Source: Methanobacteriota archaeon (GTDB lineage: Archaea > Thermoplasmatota > Poseidoniia > Poseidoniales > Thalassarchaeaceae). From it: 64,000 nucleotides of DNA. The notes beneath the pieces are model-generated. The model saw only the letters and a program-made list of their open reading frames with translations, was not told where the DNA came from and made no database searches. The position numbers and the translations under genes are program-made. Positions 1 through 9,895 of the stretch are shown here, in pieces; the first letter of the stretch is position 1; each line of letters opens with the position of its first letter. The DNA lies in the NCBI GenBank assembly GCA_018654845.1, contig JABIKU010000017.1, positions 34,600 to 98,599 on the forward strand, read 5' to 3'.

Positions 1-71
1 TAGGAGAAAGTCTTCTTCGTGTATTGGAAGATGAGGTTCCAAGCCTCACTCCTTACTCCGACGGGGATTAA
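1..71 (+). CDS. 3' end of an unidentified upstream CDS (partial; only ...GESLLRVLEDEVPSLTPYSDGD* visible)
   Basis: The frame is open from the window edge to TAA at 69-71. It is on the same strand as the next gene and just upstream of it. It is too short to identify. Confidence 0.25.
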   Translation, partial: GESLLRVLEDEVPSLTPYSDGD

Positions 72-97
72 AACAGGTGGGCGGGTCGCCCGCTCTG

Positions 98-829
98 ATG
101 GAGCACCTGACTCGCATACCAAAAGACCGCATCGCGGTGCTCATAGGTAAGCGTGGTGCGACCCGAAAAATGATCGAAGAAGCCTGCGGTGCAGATCTTG
201 AAATCGATTCGAAAACAGGTGATGTTTCAGCGATTTGGAATATTGGTGAAGCAGATCTGATTAAGCGAATGAAAATCCCCGATGTAATCAACGCAATCGG
301 TCGAGGTCTAGCTCCTAAGCGGGCGATTCAATTAATCGAGGATGAGATGTTCTTACAAATGTACGATATCCGTAAGTGGGTTGGACGGCAACCAAACCAA
401 ACCCGTCGAATGCGAAGTCGATTAATTGGCACTAATGGTCGCATTAGAACATTAATCGAAGAATTAACCGGTACAGAAATGGCAATCTACGGTTCAACAA
501 TTATTGTAATAGGTGATCAAGAAGGATTAGATTTGGCCAAACCTGCAATCGAGGGAATTCTCAAAGGATCTGAACATGGAACGGTTTTGTACGGACTTGA
601 ACAAGATCGGAAACGTCAGAGGATTCGTTCGAGAAGCCTCGAATCCTTTGAGGACAAAGGCTACGAAGAGGACTCCAAATTCGATACTCTTGTTCCAAGT
701 TTAGCCGACGCCCGACGCAAGCGCGAGCGTCGATTTAAATCAGCTCAAGTCGACCCAGAAAATGAACAAGAAGTTGCAGAATTAATGGAATTCGCTGAAG
801 ATGAAGGCGCCGTGTTCGAAGAAGAGTGA
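98..829 (+). CDS. KH-domain RNA-binding protein, archaeal Dim2/Pno1-like (two KH modules)
   Basis: ORF track 77..829. Two GxxG KH loops are present (LIGKRGAT, LIGTNGRI), with an acidic C-terminal tail. The in-frame ATG at 98 is preferred over GTG at 77. A T6 run at 830-835 follows the stop. Confidence 0.8.
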   Translation: MEHLTRIPKDRIAVLIGKRGATRKMIEEACGADLEIDSKTGDVSAIWNIGEADLIKRMKIPDVINAIGRGLAPKRAIQLIEDEMFLQMYDIRKWVGRQPNQTRRMRSRLIGTNGRIRTLIEELTGTEMAIYGSTIIVIGDQEGLDLAKPAIEGILKGSEHGTVLYGLEQDRKRQRIRSRSLESFEDKGYEEDSKFDTLVPSLADARRKRERRFKSAQVDPENEQEVAELMEFAEDEGAVFEEE

Positions 830-921
830 TTTTTTCTCACTATCTAAATTTGTTTTCTTCGAGCCGCCACGCCTAAGTCAAGTTGTTAACTCGGACGGTC
901 GTGTCTAACTCCTTGGATGAG

Positions 922-2178
922 ATGTACGATTACGAGCGCTGGGCTTTCAATCTAATTTATTTGACGTTAGGAATACTCATTTTGGGGATATCTCTTGGAG
1001 AAATCGGAATTGAAAATTCACTAACCGATTTAATTAATCAGAATTTTTTGAATCCAATTTTCAACGAATCAGCAGGAGATGCTGGTTATAACACGGTCAA
1101 TACGATGGTTTATGCATTGGTTTTGTCGATGTTCGTAGTCGCACTTTCTGCATGGTTAAGGTCGTTAGGAATCGATGGAAGCGACATGACGATTATCGCA
1201 TTATTCCCATTTGTCTTTTGGGCAGCAACAGGGGAAGTTGTCGAAGACGCACGAATGTTGAACGACGTTTTAGCTCCGTATTTTGTTAGTCCTGGAATTC
1301 ATTTCCAAACTGCATTTTGGGTGATAGTGGCTGGATTCTTCAGTTATCGAATTGCCCATTCAACTTCAATTGATGAAGATGACAAAATTGAACGTGTAAA
1401 TAGTGCAGCCACATTACTTGTCTTAACACAATTTTTACTTTATTCATGGTCGATTCAAGAAGGTGCAGCCAGTCGTGAAATCGGATTATTACCGCTTGCA
1501 TTTTTTGGCTTAATGGCAGTATTCCTGCCGAATATACTCGGTAATTCCTTGAATAATTTCACTCTTGTTCAACGCGGAGTATACATCGTTGGATTGGGTG
1601 GAACAATGATTTTTCTCGGTGCTTTGCTGTCATATGCAGCTAGCGTTTCGGTCACACAATTGTTTCTTTGGCCGCTAGCAGTTGTGATCGGCTTCCCTGC
1701 AATTTTGATTTGGCAGATGCATAAATTCGGAATTGAATCTGCTATGTCATTGCGCGCAGCAGGAATGGATGCCGGAATTTTAAAGCCAGGAATTACCGAA
1801 GAAGATTACATTAATTCCGAATCTGAAGAAAAGGATTTGATGGAAAAATTCCGAGCAAAAGCAGTCATTGCTTCACCGGTGGTGTTCTTGGCAGTAGCAG
1901 GCCAAGTTCTCGATGGTATTGCAACATATATTGGAATCGAGTATTTTGGATATAGTGAGAAGCATGTTCTTTCAGCGAAATTAATCGAGATTTTCGGAAA
2001 CACAGCTGGTTTCACTATAATCAAAATTTTCTTAGCTGCTGTAATTTGCTACTTTTTCACTGTTGCAAATTTTGAACATCGCCAACGCCACCTTCGCCTA
2101 CTCATCGGTCTTTGTTTCCTTGTTGTCGGTATGGCACCTGGTCTGCGTGATGTTGGTCGGTTGGCTTTGGGTGTTTGA
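922..2178 (+). CDS. Polytopic membrane protein; the C-terminal part resembles the archaeal DUF63 family
   Basis: ORF track 883..2178 (TTG). The first ATG is at 922. There are many hydrophobic segments. The segment AGQVLDGIATYIGIEYFGYSEKHVLS resembles DUF63 as I recall it. Start and family assignment are uncertain. Confidence 0.6.
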   Translation: MYDYERWAFNLIYLTLGILILGISLGEIGIENSLTDLINQNFLNPIFNESAGDAGYNTVNTMVYALVLSMFVVALSAWLRSLGIDGSDMTIIALFPFVFWAATGEVVEDARMLNDVLAPYFVSPGIHFQTAFWVIVAGFFSYRIAHSTSIDEDDKIERVNSAATLLVLTQFLLYSWSIQEGAASREIGLLPLAFFGLMAVFLPNILGNSLNNFTLVQRGVYIVGLGGTMIFLGALLSYAASVSVTQLFLWPLAVVIGFPAILIWQMHKFGIESAMSLRAAGMDAGILKPGITEEDYINSESEEKDLMEKFRAKAVIASPVVFLAVAGQVLDGIATYIGIEYFGYSEKHVLSAKLIEIFGNTAGFTIIKIFLAAVICYFFTVANFEHRQRHLRLLIGLCFLVVGMAPGLRDVGRLALGV

Positions 2179-2260
2179 GTAAACACTCGATTTCCCTTCG
2201 TGTCTTAGTCACTCATCCATTCAATTGAAGGATTGTCGGCAGTCTGAAGAGTTGAGGAAC

Positions 2261-3871
2261 ATGGATAGACTGCCGACTCGCATCGACCAAGCGAGTGCTG
2301 ATTTTGCTCGTAGACGCGAACACAATCTTTCGTTAGCCTCTGATTTGAAGGCAAGATTATCGGTTGTAAAAGAAGGTGGAGGCGGCAAATATGTCGAGCG
2401 TCATCGCTCGCGCGGGAAGATGCTACCACGAGAGAGAATCGCAGAAATTTGTGATCCTGGAACACCGTTTCTCGAATTATCTAGTTTAGCGGCGAATGAA
2501 TTGTACGATGGACGGGCCCATTCTGCAGGTGTAGTAACCGGTATTGGGGTAGTTCACGGAAAAGAATGCCTTTTCGTTGCAAATGATGCGACGATAAAGG
2601 GCGGTTCTTACTATCCAATGACTGTTAGAAAACATATTCGCGCCCAAGAGGTTGCAAATGAAAATAATCTAACTTGCATCTATCTTGTCGATAGTGGTGG
2701 GGCATATTTGCCGATGCAAGACGAAGTTTTCCCAGATAAGGGGCACTTTGGTAGAATTTTCCGAAATCAAGCAATTCTTTCTAGCAAAGGTATTGCCCAA
2801 GTCGCCGCAGTTTTAGGAAGTTGTACAGCTGGTGGTGCTTACATCCCAGCGATGTCTGATGAATCGATTATTGTCAAAGGAAATGGAACAATATTCCTCG
2901 CTGGACCACCTCTTGTCAAATCTGCGACTGGTGAAGTTGTCTCAGCAGATGATCTTGGAGGAGCAGATTTGCACACCAGAGAATCTGGTGTGGCCGACCA
3001 CTTTGCTGAAGATGAACCAGAAGCACTCAAACTCATTCGCAATGTGGTCGAAAATCTAAATATCGATCCTAAACATCGGCTCGATGTAAGTGAAGTTGAA
3101 GAGCCGGCGCACGAAATTGAAGATTTGATGGGAATAATCCCTGATGATAATAGAACACCTTACGATGTTAGAGAGGTAATCGCTCGATTAGTCGATGGTT
3201 CTCGATTCCACGAATTCAAGCAACGCTACGGCAACACATTGGTCTGCGGCTTTGCTAAAATTCACGGTTATCCAGTTGGAATCGTCGCAAATAATGGAAT
3301 CTTATTTTCAGAATCCTCTCTCAAGGGCGCGCACTTTGTTGAACTCTGTGGGCAACGCGGAATCCCCCTAATTTTCTTGCAGAATATTACCGGATTTATG
3401 GTCGGCCGTGATGCGGAATCCGGTGGAATTGCTAAGGATGGAGCTAAATTAGTCACAGCCGTTTCCTGCGTACCAGTACCAAAATTCACTGTAATTATCG
3501 GTGGCTCTCATGGCGCAGGTAATTACGGAATGTGCGGACGTGCATATGACCCTCGATTTGTTTTCATGTGGCCAAATTCTCGAATTTCAGTGATGGGTGG
3601 TCCTCAAGCTGCTGATGTTTTGACCTCTGTTAAACAAGATCAACGGGCTAGAGAAGGATTGCCAGAAATGGTGGGCGAAGAGTTGGCCGAATTTCGGCGA
3701 CCTGTTTTGGAGAAGTATGAAACCGAAGGGTCGCCGTATTATTCCACTGCCCGATTGTGGGATGACGGCGTGATAGATCCACGTGATACTCGAGATGTTC
3801 TAGGGCTGTGTATTTCAGCGTGTCTGAACGCTCCAATGCCGGATAATAAGTACGGCGTATTCCGAATGTAG
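2261..3871 (+). CDS. mccB: Methylcrotonyl-CoA carboxylase, carboxyltransferase (beta) subunit
   Basis: ORF track 2225..3871 (TTG), with ATG at 2261. Long stretches match MCC beta-type carboxyltransferases as I recall them ([69 protein letters not shown]). Confidence 0.9.
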   Translation: MDRLPTRIDQASADFARRREHNLSLASDLKARLSVVKEGGGGKYVERHRSRGKMLPRERIAEICDPGTPFLELSSLAANELYDGRAHSAGVVTGIGVVHGKECLFVANDATIKGGSYYPMTVRKHIRAQEVANENNLTCIYLVDSGGAYLPMQDEVFPDKGHFGRIFRNQAILSSKGIAQVAAVLGSCTAGGAYIPAMSDESIIVKGNGTIFLAGPPLVKSATGEVVSADDLGGADLHTRESGVADHFAEDEPEALKLIRNVVENLNIDPKHRLDVSEVEEPAHEIEDLMGIIPDDNRTPYDVREVIARLVDGSRFHEFKQRYGNTLVCGFAKIHGYPVGIVANNGILFSESSLKGAHFVELCGQRGIPLIFLQNITGFMVGRDAESGGIAKDGAKLVTAVSCVPVPKFTVIIGGSHGAGNYGMCGRAYDPRFVFMWPNSRISVMGGPQAADVLTSVKQDQRAREGLPEMVGEELAEFRRPVLEKYETEGSPYYSTARLWDDGVIDPRDTRDVLGLCISACLNAPMPDNKYGVFRM

Positions 3872-3879
3872 GTGAAAAT

Positions 3880-4749
3880 ATGAGTGTAAAAATGAGTGAT
3901 AACTTACCGATAAGCGAACTTTGTAATTTTAGCATAGAGGGGGCTGTAGGGCATATTACAATGGCTCGCAGTGAAGTGTTTAATGCGTTGAATGCTAAAT
4001 TAATTTCAGAACTGATTTCAATTCTAAATTGGTCGTCAGAACGCTCGGCCGGCTCACTTGGTACATTGGTTGATGAGGCAGGTTCAGAATTTTTGCGCGT
4101 GATAACTCTCGCAGGTGAGGGTAAACATTTCTGTGCTGGTGCTGATATCAATATGATGCGTGATGCCGGTGCTAAATCCGATGAAGAAAATCGGCAAGAT
4201 TCAGAGCGATTAGATAATTTATTCAATTCGCTCTGGGCTCATCCATGCTTCACAATAACGTCGGTTCAAGGTGTCGCACTAGGTGGTGGAGCCGGACTTA
4301 TCGCTTGCTCAGACCATGTAATTGGTCAACCGAGTACACGAATTGCATTGTCTGAAGGAAAATTGGGAATTTTGCCTGCTGTAATTGGTCCCTATGTTTA
4401 CCGTCGAGTCGGCAGTGCTCAATTCCGTCGACTCGCTATGCTCGCCGGCCAATTTGATGCTACTGAAGCATTGAATATCGGCATGATAGACCAGGTTGCC
4501 GACTCACCAGCAGAAGCGACAACTATGGTTGAAGAAGCCATCTCAACAGTCCTAACAACCGGTCCAAGCGCTGTTTATGAAGCGAAGAAACTGACTTTGA
4601 AATTTGATAGATTTGAGGGGACCGATGAAGAGTTACGCCTTTGGACTCTGGATAAAACTAGTGAAATGCGAGGTTCAAACGAAGGTCAAGAAGGTCTTTC
4701 TTCTTTCCTTGATCGTCGAAAACCTACATGGTATCACGACGAAAATTGA
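3880..4749 (+). CDS. Enoyl-CoA hydratase/isomerase family protein, probably methylglutaconyl-CoA hydratase
   Basis: Crotonase-type motifs are present (GEGKHFCAGADI, GVALGGGAGL). The gene sits between the MCC subunit genes, 8 nt after mccB. Confidence 0.8.
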   Translation: MSVKMSDNLPISELCNFSIEGAVGHITMARSEVFNALNAKLISELISILNWSSERSAGSLGTLVDEAGSEFLRVITLAGEGKHFCAGADINMMRDAGAKSDEENRQDSERLDNLFNSLWAHPCFTITSVQGVALGGGAGLIACSDHVIGQPSTRIALSEGKLGILPAVIGPYVYRRVGSAQFRRLAMLAGQFDATEALNIGMIDQVADSPAEATTMVEEAISTVLTTGPSAVYEAKKLTLKFDRFEGTDEELRLWTLDKTSEMRGSNEGQEGLSSFLDRRKPTWYHDEN

Positions 4750-4758
4750 GGTGAATCA

Positions 4759-6315
4759 ATGATACCGGATTGGATGATCGGCGCAACTCATCCTTTCGAT
4801 TCTATATTGGTTGCGAACCGCGGTGAAATCGCGGTTCGGGTTTTACGCGCAGCCAGTGAGGCAGGTCTGCGCGGAGTCGCCGTGTATTCGGATCCAGATG
4901 AGGGAGCGCTCCACGTAGAGGTGGCAGATGAAGCGGTATATTTGCCCGGTGAAACATTAGGTGAAACATATCTAAACTCAGAATCAATTATTCAAGCCGC
5001 CAAAGATTCTGGTGCCCAGGCGATTCACCCTGGATACGGATTTCTATCTGAAAGAGCGGATTTTGCACGGATGGTCAAAGCCGCTGGATTGGTTTGGATT
5101 GGACCTCCTGCTGAATCGATTGAGACGATGGGTGACAAAATTTCAGCTCGCCGGCGTATGATAGATTCTGGTGTGCAGGTAATCCCTGGGGAAGAATTAG
5201 CAATTTCAGAGGATGCAGATCATCTCGGCACTTTAGCAGCAGCAGCAGCTCGAGTGGGTTATCCATTGCTCATCAAGGCTAGTGCTGGAGGTGGTGGGAA
5301 AGGAATGCGAGCCGTTCACGAACCACGAATGCTGCGAACTGAATATGAAGCGGCTGCAAGAGAAGCATCGGCAGCATTCGGTGATGGTACCGTCTATGTT
5401 GAAAGATTGTTGACAGGTGCTAGACACGTTGAGATTCAGGTATTATGTGATTCTTATGGGAATGCAATACATCTCAACGAAAGAGATTGTTCATTACAGC
5501 GTCGCCATCAAAAAGTGCTTGAAGAAGCCCCATCTCCAGCAGTAACACCTCTCATACGAGCAGCGATGGGTGAAGCTGCAGTTCAGGCAGCACAATCAGT
5601 CGATTACGAAGGTGTTGGCACCGTTGAATTTTTACTTTCAAGTCGTGGTGAATTTTTCTTTTTAGAAATGAATACACGACTCCAAGTTGAACATCCAATT
5701 ACAGAATTAACCACAGGAATCGACTTAGTTCAAAAGCAATTTGAAGTTGCTGCAGGAATAAAATTAGCAATTCAACAAGATGAGGTCGGCTTATTCGGCC
5801 ATGCGATAGAAGCGAGAATTTATGCTGAAGATGCTAGCAAAGGTTTCCTTCCAGCGATAGGGAAATTGGCAATGTGGCGACCACCATTAACACCTGGAGT
5901 ACGCTTCGATTCAGGATTCAGAGAAGGTGATGAGGTAACGGTTGATTTCGACCCGATGCTTGCAAAATTAATTGTTCACGCACCGAGTAGAAAAGCAGCA
6001 CTTCGAAGATTAGATACTGCACTTTCAGATTTCGTTGCTCTGGGAGTTACGACAAATGTAGGATTTCTCAGACAAGTTGCTGCTGAGCCTGCTTTCGTAA
6101 ATGGTGAAGTCACCACAGATTATCTAGATTCGACTTCTTTGAGTACATTCTCAGAGCCGAAGCCCGAAGATGCAATTCTTGTCGCAATCGCAGCCGCGGC
6201 AAGTCGATTCGGTCTTGACCGTAATGCCACAGGCAGTGCATCCGTAGCCGATTTCGATGAACACACCGGCCATGCCGGTGATCCTTTCAGAACCCTGACG
6301 AGGTCCTTTCCCTGA
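4759..6315 (+). CDS. accC: Biotin carboxylase subunit of acyl-CoA (methylcrotonyl-CoA) carboxylase
   Basis: ATP-grasp biotin carboxylase motifs are present (ILVANRGEIAVR, HPGYGFLSE, GGGGKGMR, EMNTRLQVEHP). At 518 aa it is a separate BC subunit, as in archaeal three-subunit carboxylases. Confidence 0.9.
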   Translation: MIPDWMIGATHPFDSILVANRGEIAVRVLRAASEAGLRGVAVYSDPDEGALHVEVADEAVYLPGETLGETYLNSESIIQAAKDSGAQAIHPGYGFLSERADFARMVKAAGLVWIGPPAESIETMGDKISARRRMIDSGVQVIPGEELAISEDADHLGTLAAAAARVGYPLLIKASAGGGGKGMRAVHEPRMLRTEYEAAAREASAAFGDGTVYVERLLTGARHVEIQVLCDSYGNAIHLNERDCSLQRRHQKVLEEAPSPAVTPLIRAAMGEAAVQAAQSVDYEGVGTVEFLLSSRGEFFFLEMNTRLQVEHPITELTTGIDLVQKQFEVAAGIKLAIQQDEVGLFGHAIEARIYAEDASKGFLPAIGKLAMWRPPLTPGVRFDSGFREGDEVTVDFDPMLAKLIVHAPSRKAALRRLDTALSDFVALGVTTNVGFLRQVAAEPAFVNGEVTTDYLDSTSLSTFSEPKPEDAILVAIAAAASRFGLDRNATGSASVADFDEHTGHAGDPFRTLTRSFP

Positions 6316-6321
6316 GGTGAT

Positions 6322-6825
6322 ATGATGGAATGGAGCATTGGAGAATCTGCTAAGAAATACAGTCCCACACTTGTTGATAGCGATGGTAAATATACTCTCA
6401 ATCGTCTCACTGCAGATGGTTCTGAGAAAATAATTTCGAAAATTACAATCACTAAAGATAAAAATTCTCGTCGCCTCATAGTTGAACACAATGGAACCAT
6501 ACAATATACCTATGCAACACGCGTTGGTGACCAATGGTGGATTCACTACGATGGCCGCATCAATGTCGTCAATATGCATGAAGCTGGCAGTAAAGATTCG
6601 GATGCTGGTGAGGGCGGACTTACCGCACCGATGCCAGGGACGATTCTAGAAGTTCAAGTCAAACAGGGTCAGCGCGTTCGCGAGGGGCAAACGCTACTGG
6701 TGATGGAAGCGATGAAAATGGAACATCGAATTTTAGCTCCAAAAGCTGGCGAAGTGATTGTGGTGAATTTTGAGGCGGGTGACCGAGTAGATATGGGTGC
6801 AACACTCGTTGAACTCGGTGAATAA
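6322..6825 (+). CDS. accB: Biotin carboxyl carrier protein (biotinyl domain)
   Basis: The C-terminal biotinyl domain carries the EAMKMEH biotinylation motif. GAGGTGA lies immediately upstream of ATGATG. Confidence 0.85.
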   Translation: MMEWSIGESAKKYSPTLVDSDGKYTLNRLTADGSEKIISKITITKDKNSRRLIVEHNGTIQYTYATRVGDQWWIHYDGRINVVNMHEAGSKDSDAGEGGLTAPMPGTILEVQVKQGQRVREGQTLLVMEAMKMEHRILAPKAGEVIVVNFEAGDRVDMGATLVELGE

Positions 6826-6878
6826 CCCATTTCTCTAGCGCTCGAGAGGCTAGGGACTGATTCGGCCCACTAGCCCCA

Positions 6879-7667
6879 CTAGTTATTCAGAACCACGTAA
6901 ACTCGTACAACTTCATGCACGTACTGATTCTCCAAAGAACCCCAGTTCTCATACGCAGGCGGTATAATCTGTGCGTTGCAATACAACCAGTAACTCCCAT
7001 CTGGAATGTCACTTAGAGTAAGTGACTTGGTATCCCAGTCGTCGTAGTAAGTGGAGTAAGTCAAACTCCCCGAGTATTCGACTCCTGAATCGCTGTCAAC
7101 AAGACTCAGTGCCACGGTCAAATCTGATAGGATTGCGCAGCTTAGGTCAATATCCCATTCAAATGAAAAATACCCAACATAATCCCACCCCCAACTATAC
7201 ACATAGGGAAAGCATCCCTCAGGTTCATTGAAACTGTGATTCCACAATTCAGCAGTGGATTCAGGTTCGTAGGATTGTTGTTGCTGTTGCAGTTCTAATG
7301 GAATTGAATCTTTGTCATCCGCTTCTGAAAATCGGTCAAGCACAATCGCAACTAATCCACCGACAACCAATAACAGGACGAGGGCAACAACTTTGCTCCT
7401 CTCTGCTTGATTATCTGGTTTAATGTCGTTACTCTCGTCAGTGAAGGCCAAACTCTTCTCGGTCTGAGAGAAGTGGGCAGTGGGGGCAAACTCATCCTCT
7501 TGCACTTCCTCGACCTGATCTGTCCACCACGAATCGACAGGTGGCAGAGGTTCATGCAAGTCCTTGTGTCTGTGACACCACCCTGTGGTTCTAAATTCAA
7601 TCGCATTGCAGCCGTCGGCCGCACACTGTCGCACTCCCACAGCGACTTCATTTACCCCCCCCATCAT
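6879..7667 (-). CDS. Hypothetical single-pass membrane protein: N-terminal Cys/His zinc-ribbon-like motif, TM helix, aromatic-rich C-terminal domain
   Basis: ORF track. Features seen are C-x4-C-x11-CHRH near the N-terminus, an acidic linker, one hydrophobic helix (VVALVLLLVVGGLVAIVL), a QQQQQ run and a W/Y/D-rich domain. I do not recognise a family. Confidence 0.6.
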   Translation of the reverse strand: MMGGVNEVAVGVRQCAADGCNAIEFRTTGWCHRHKDLHEPLPPVDSWWTDQVEEVQEDEFAPTAHFSQTEKSLAFTDESNDIKPDNQAERSKVVALVLLLVVGGLVAIVLDRFSEADDKDSIPLELQQQQQSYEPESTAELWNHSFNEPEGCFPYVYSWGWDYVGYFSFEWDIDLSCAILSDLTVALSLVDSDSGVEYSGSLTYSTYYDDWDTKSLTLSDIPDGSYWLYCNAQIIPPAYENWGSLENQYVHEVVRVYVVLNN

Positions 7668-7732
7668 GAAATTATGCCCGGCAGAAGGATATCATCGTGT
7701 TTCAGTGGGTACTGACGATGGGATTCTGTAAT

Positions 7733-8071
7733 TCACTCGCAGAACACTCTGACAGTGTCGCCGTCACTGCTGACGATGTTCACGTCGAATTCCTTGATAG
7801 CTTCCAACAACTCCTCCGTAGGGACTTCGTCTATGAATCGGTTTAGATCGAAGCCCTCGTCCTCCATGGCTTTCCTAGCACTATTGGGGATGAAGTGATG
7901 GAATTTCATTAACAATTTAACAAGGATTAGTGGGATGCGAATATTCACGTCGTCGCCGTCGTTGCTCAGCACCATTATGTAGAGAAATCGTGGATTCTTG
8001 GAGGTGGTTTTCAGTTTGTCTTCGGTCACATTTTCTGGTTGAAGATGGTGCTTAATAATCCTATCTTTCAA
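7733..8071 (-). CDS. Hypothetical small soluble protein
   Basis: 112-aa ORF with a plausible alpha/beta composition. It contains an internal echo: SNDGDDVNIRIP / SSDGDTVRVF. I do not recognise a family. Confidence 0.45.
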   Translation of the reverse strand: MKDRIIKHHLQPENVTEDKLKTTSKNPRFLYIMVLSNDGDDVNIRIPLILVKLLMKFHHFIPNSARKAMEDEGFDLNRFIDEVPTEELLEAIKEFDVNIVSSDGDTVRVFCE

Positions 8072-8223
8072 TCGCAGAGGGTAGCGTAGTTGACAGTCTT
8101 ATGTACAACGGTTAGTCTGTTACATATCCATCAATATGTTTCTTACCTAGATCGAATATGATTAATCTCGATAATATCTATAAGTAGAATCAGAGTCAGT
8201 TGAGAAATATCGAGGAAGATAGA

Positions 8224-8514
8224 ATGACAAAAACAACGAAAAGAAAAATCATCCCATTATTATTGGTAATATCTGGAATACTTGTACTCATTGCTGGGAT
8301 TATCATGGTACAAACTGGATTTGCAACCTTTGAGGATACCGAGCCTAGAGTTGGACTCTACATTGGAGGTATTTTTACAATAGTTGGAGGCTTTTTCTTG
8401 ACAGTTGGTGGGATAATATATCTTAACTTCGATGGTTTGAAAAAGAAGTTTCTTCGTACGGCTGGCAAGGTTGCTGATGCCTATGAAGAAGAGAGAAAAC
8501 AAGAGAAAGTGTAA
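8224..8514 (+). CDS. Small two-TM membrane protein
   Basis: ORF track 8200..8514 (TTG). ATG at 8224 is preceded by GAGGAA. Two hydrophobic helices are followed by a charged tail. Confidence 0.5.
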   Translation: MTKTTKRKIIPLLLVISGILVLIAGIIMVQTGFATFEDTEPRVGLYIGGIFTIVGGFFLTVGGIIYLNFDGLKKKFLRTAGKVADAYEEERKQEKV

Positions 8515-8605
8515 TTCTATTCTTCTACTTCCGTACCCCTGTATTACGTATGCATAAACTAGGGTATCCCTTCTTGAATATACATCAATATCGGTACCCT
8601 TTGAA

Positions 8606-9886
8606 TCAACCAAAGACGGTTCCAGTAGTTGCATTGGCAGAGCGTAATCTCGAGAGAAAACTCGTATCGAGACTCAAGCCGATTCTCGGAAGGTCGAGAA
8701 TAACCGGATCATTGTCATGGTCATGTCCATTCTCGCAGGCATACACGATCTCAGCCATCATCACACCAATCATTGGAGCGGTTTTGAACGAGGAACCACT
8801 TGTTCCGAGAGCGACATACCATCCATCAATATCTGTACGGTCAACGGTTGGATACCAATCAGCGAGCGTAACATCGTACATATGGGCGAGACCACGTGCC
8901 TTGCCCATCTGGAGCTTAGGAATTCTTCTCATCGTTCGCAAAACTTGACGCTCCCAATATGTTTCAGTCAAGCCGATATCGACTTCATCTGGATTCTCAA
9001 CCCATTCTTTTTCATCACATTCTGGGTCGGTTGAGCCGATGATGATATCGATTCCTCCGGTTTCTGGACGGAAGTACGTGCCCGAATCCAAATCGCCAAC
9101 AACAGGCATATCATGCTGGCCGAATACTGGATTTTTCACCGCGTGAACCTCCCTTCTCAATGCTCGATTTTCTAATGGTAATTCCACGCCTGCTAACTGG
9201 TTTATTTTGCTCGACCACGGCCCTGCCGCATTGACCATGACATCGAATTGGTGAGTTTGTCCATCATTGGTTACAATCGAATAAGGCGCCCCTCCGTCAT
9301 GCTCAATTTTGCAAACTTCTGTATTGAAAAGAAACTCAACTCCGTCTCGCTGAGCAGCTAATTTGAGGTTTGTATTTGCCAATCCTGGCGAGACGACATA
9401 ACCAGCATCCTGTTCCCAAACACCGCCTTGAAGAACACCAGTTTCATTGAAAAATGAGTCATCATCAACTGGTTTTGGCGGGAAAAAAGCATCTGTATTT
9501 AGAAATGGAAATTTTTCATTGATGGCATTTTTGTCGAGAAATTCTGCCTTTACTCGAGAATTTTTCATTTCCTCGATGACTTGTAGAAACCCTTCATCAA
9601 CATTTGATGGGATTAGTAACATTCCAGGTCTTTCAAAACGGGCGAGTGAACCTTCAATCGGGCCGAGCCAATTTTCCCATTCTGCCCAAATTTCTGATGC
9701 TTCGTTTGAGAGTTTGATCATGCTGGTTTGACTATAACATCGGCGAATAATTCCACAAGAAGCCGAAGTTGAGCCGTGTCCCGCATCGCCTAATTTTTCG
9801 AAAACGGTTACCTCTGCTCCACGTTTTCGTAATTCCCAAGCGATAGCACAACCGATGATGCCAGCACCGATTACTCCAACTTTCAT
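8606..9886 (-). CDS. FAD-dependent oxidoreductase (DAO family; sarcosine/glycine/D-amino-acid oxidase-like)
   Basis: The N-terminal Rossmann dinucleotide motif is MKVGVIGAGIIGCAIAWEL...VFEK. Length and layout are typical of the DAO family. The substrate is not assignable. Confidence 0.8.
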   Translation of the reverse strand: MKVGVIGAGIIGCAIAWELRKRGAEVTVFEKLGDAGHGSTSASCGIIRRCYSQTSMIKLSNEASEIWAEWENWLGPIEGSLARFERPGMLLIPSNVDEGFLQVIEEMKNSRVKAEFLDKNAINEKFPFLNTDAFFPPKPVDDDSFFNETGVLQGGVWEQDAGYVVSPGLANTNLKLAAQRDGVEFLFNTEVCKIEHDGGAPYSIVTNDGQTHQFDVMVNAAGPWSSKINQLAGVELPLENRALRREVHAVKNPVFGQHDMPVVGDLDSGTYFRPETGGIDIIIGSTDPECDEKEWVENPDEVDIGLTETYWERQVLRTMRRIPKLQMGKARGLAHMYDVTLADWYPTVDRTDIDGWYVALGTSGSSFKTAPMIGVMMAEIVYACENGHDHDNDPVILDLPRIGLSLDTSFLSRLRSANATTGTVFG

Positions 9887-9895
9887 TTAAATTCC

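Noticed and set aside
3648-4226. Long antisense or alternative-frame ORFs inside well-supported genes. Examples are 3648..4226, 6120..6579, 21129..21524, 22185..22661, 56418..56957, 42674..43165 and 8550..8948.
   Set aside because: All lie fully within strongly identified genes. Their translations are low-complexity or Ser/Arg/Cys-rich with no recognisable motifs. They are typical shadow ORFs.
6313-6327. The biotin carboxylase and BCCP ORFs are in the same reading frame, separated only by TGA-GGT-GAT. This could be stop-codon readthrough or recoding, or a nonsense-mutated single MCC alpha gene.
   Set aside because: Subunit sizes of 518 aa and 167 aa match the normal archaeal three-subunit acyl-CoA carboxylase layout. 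A GAGGTGA ribosome-binding-like element sits right before ATGATG. Sharing a frame happens by chance one time in three. Ordinary translational coupling is the simpler explanation.
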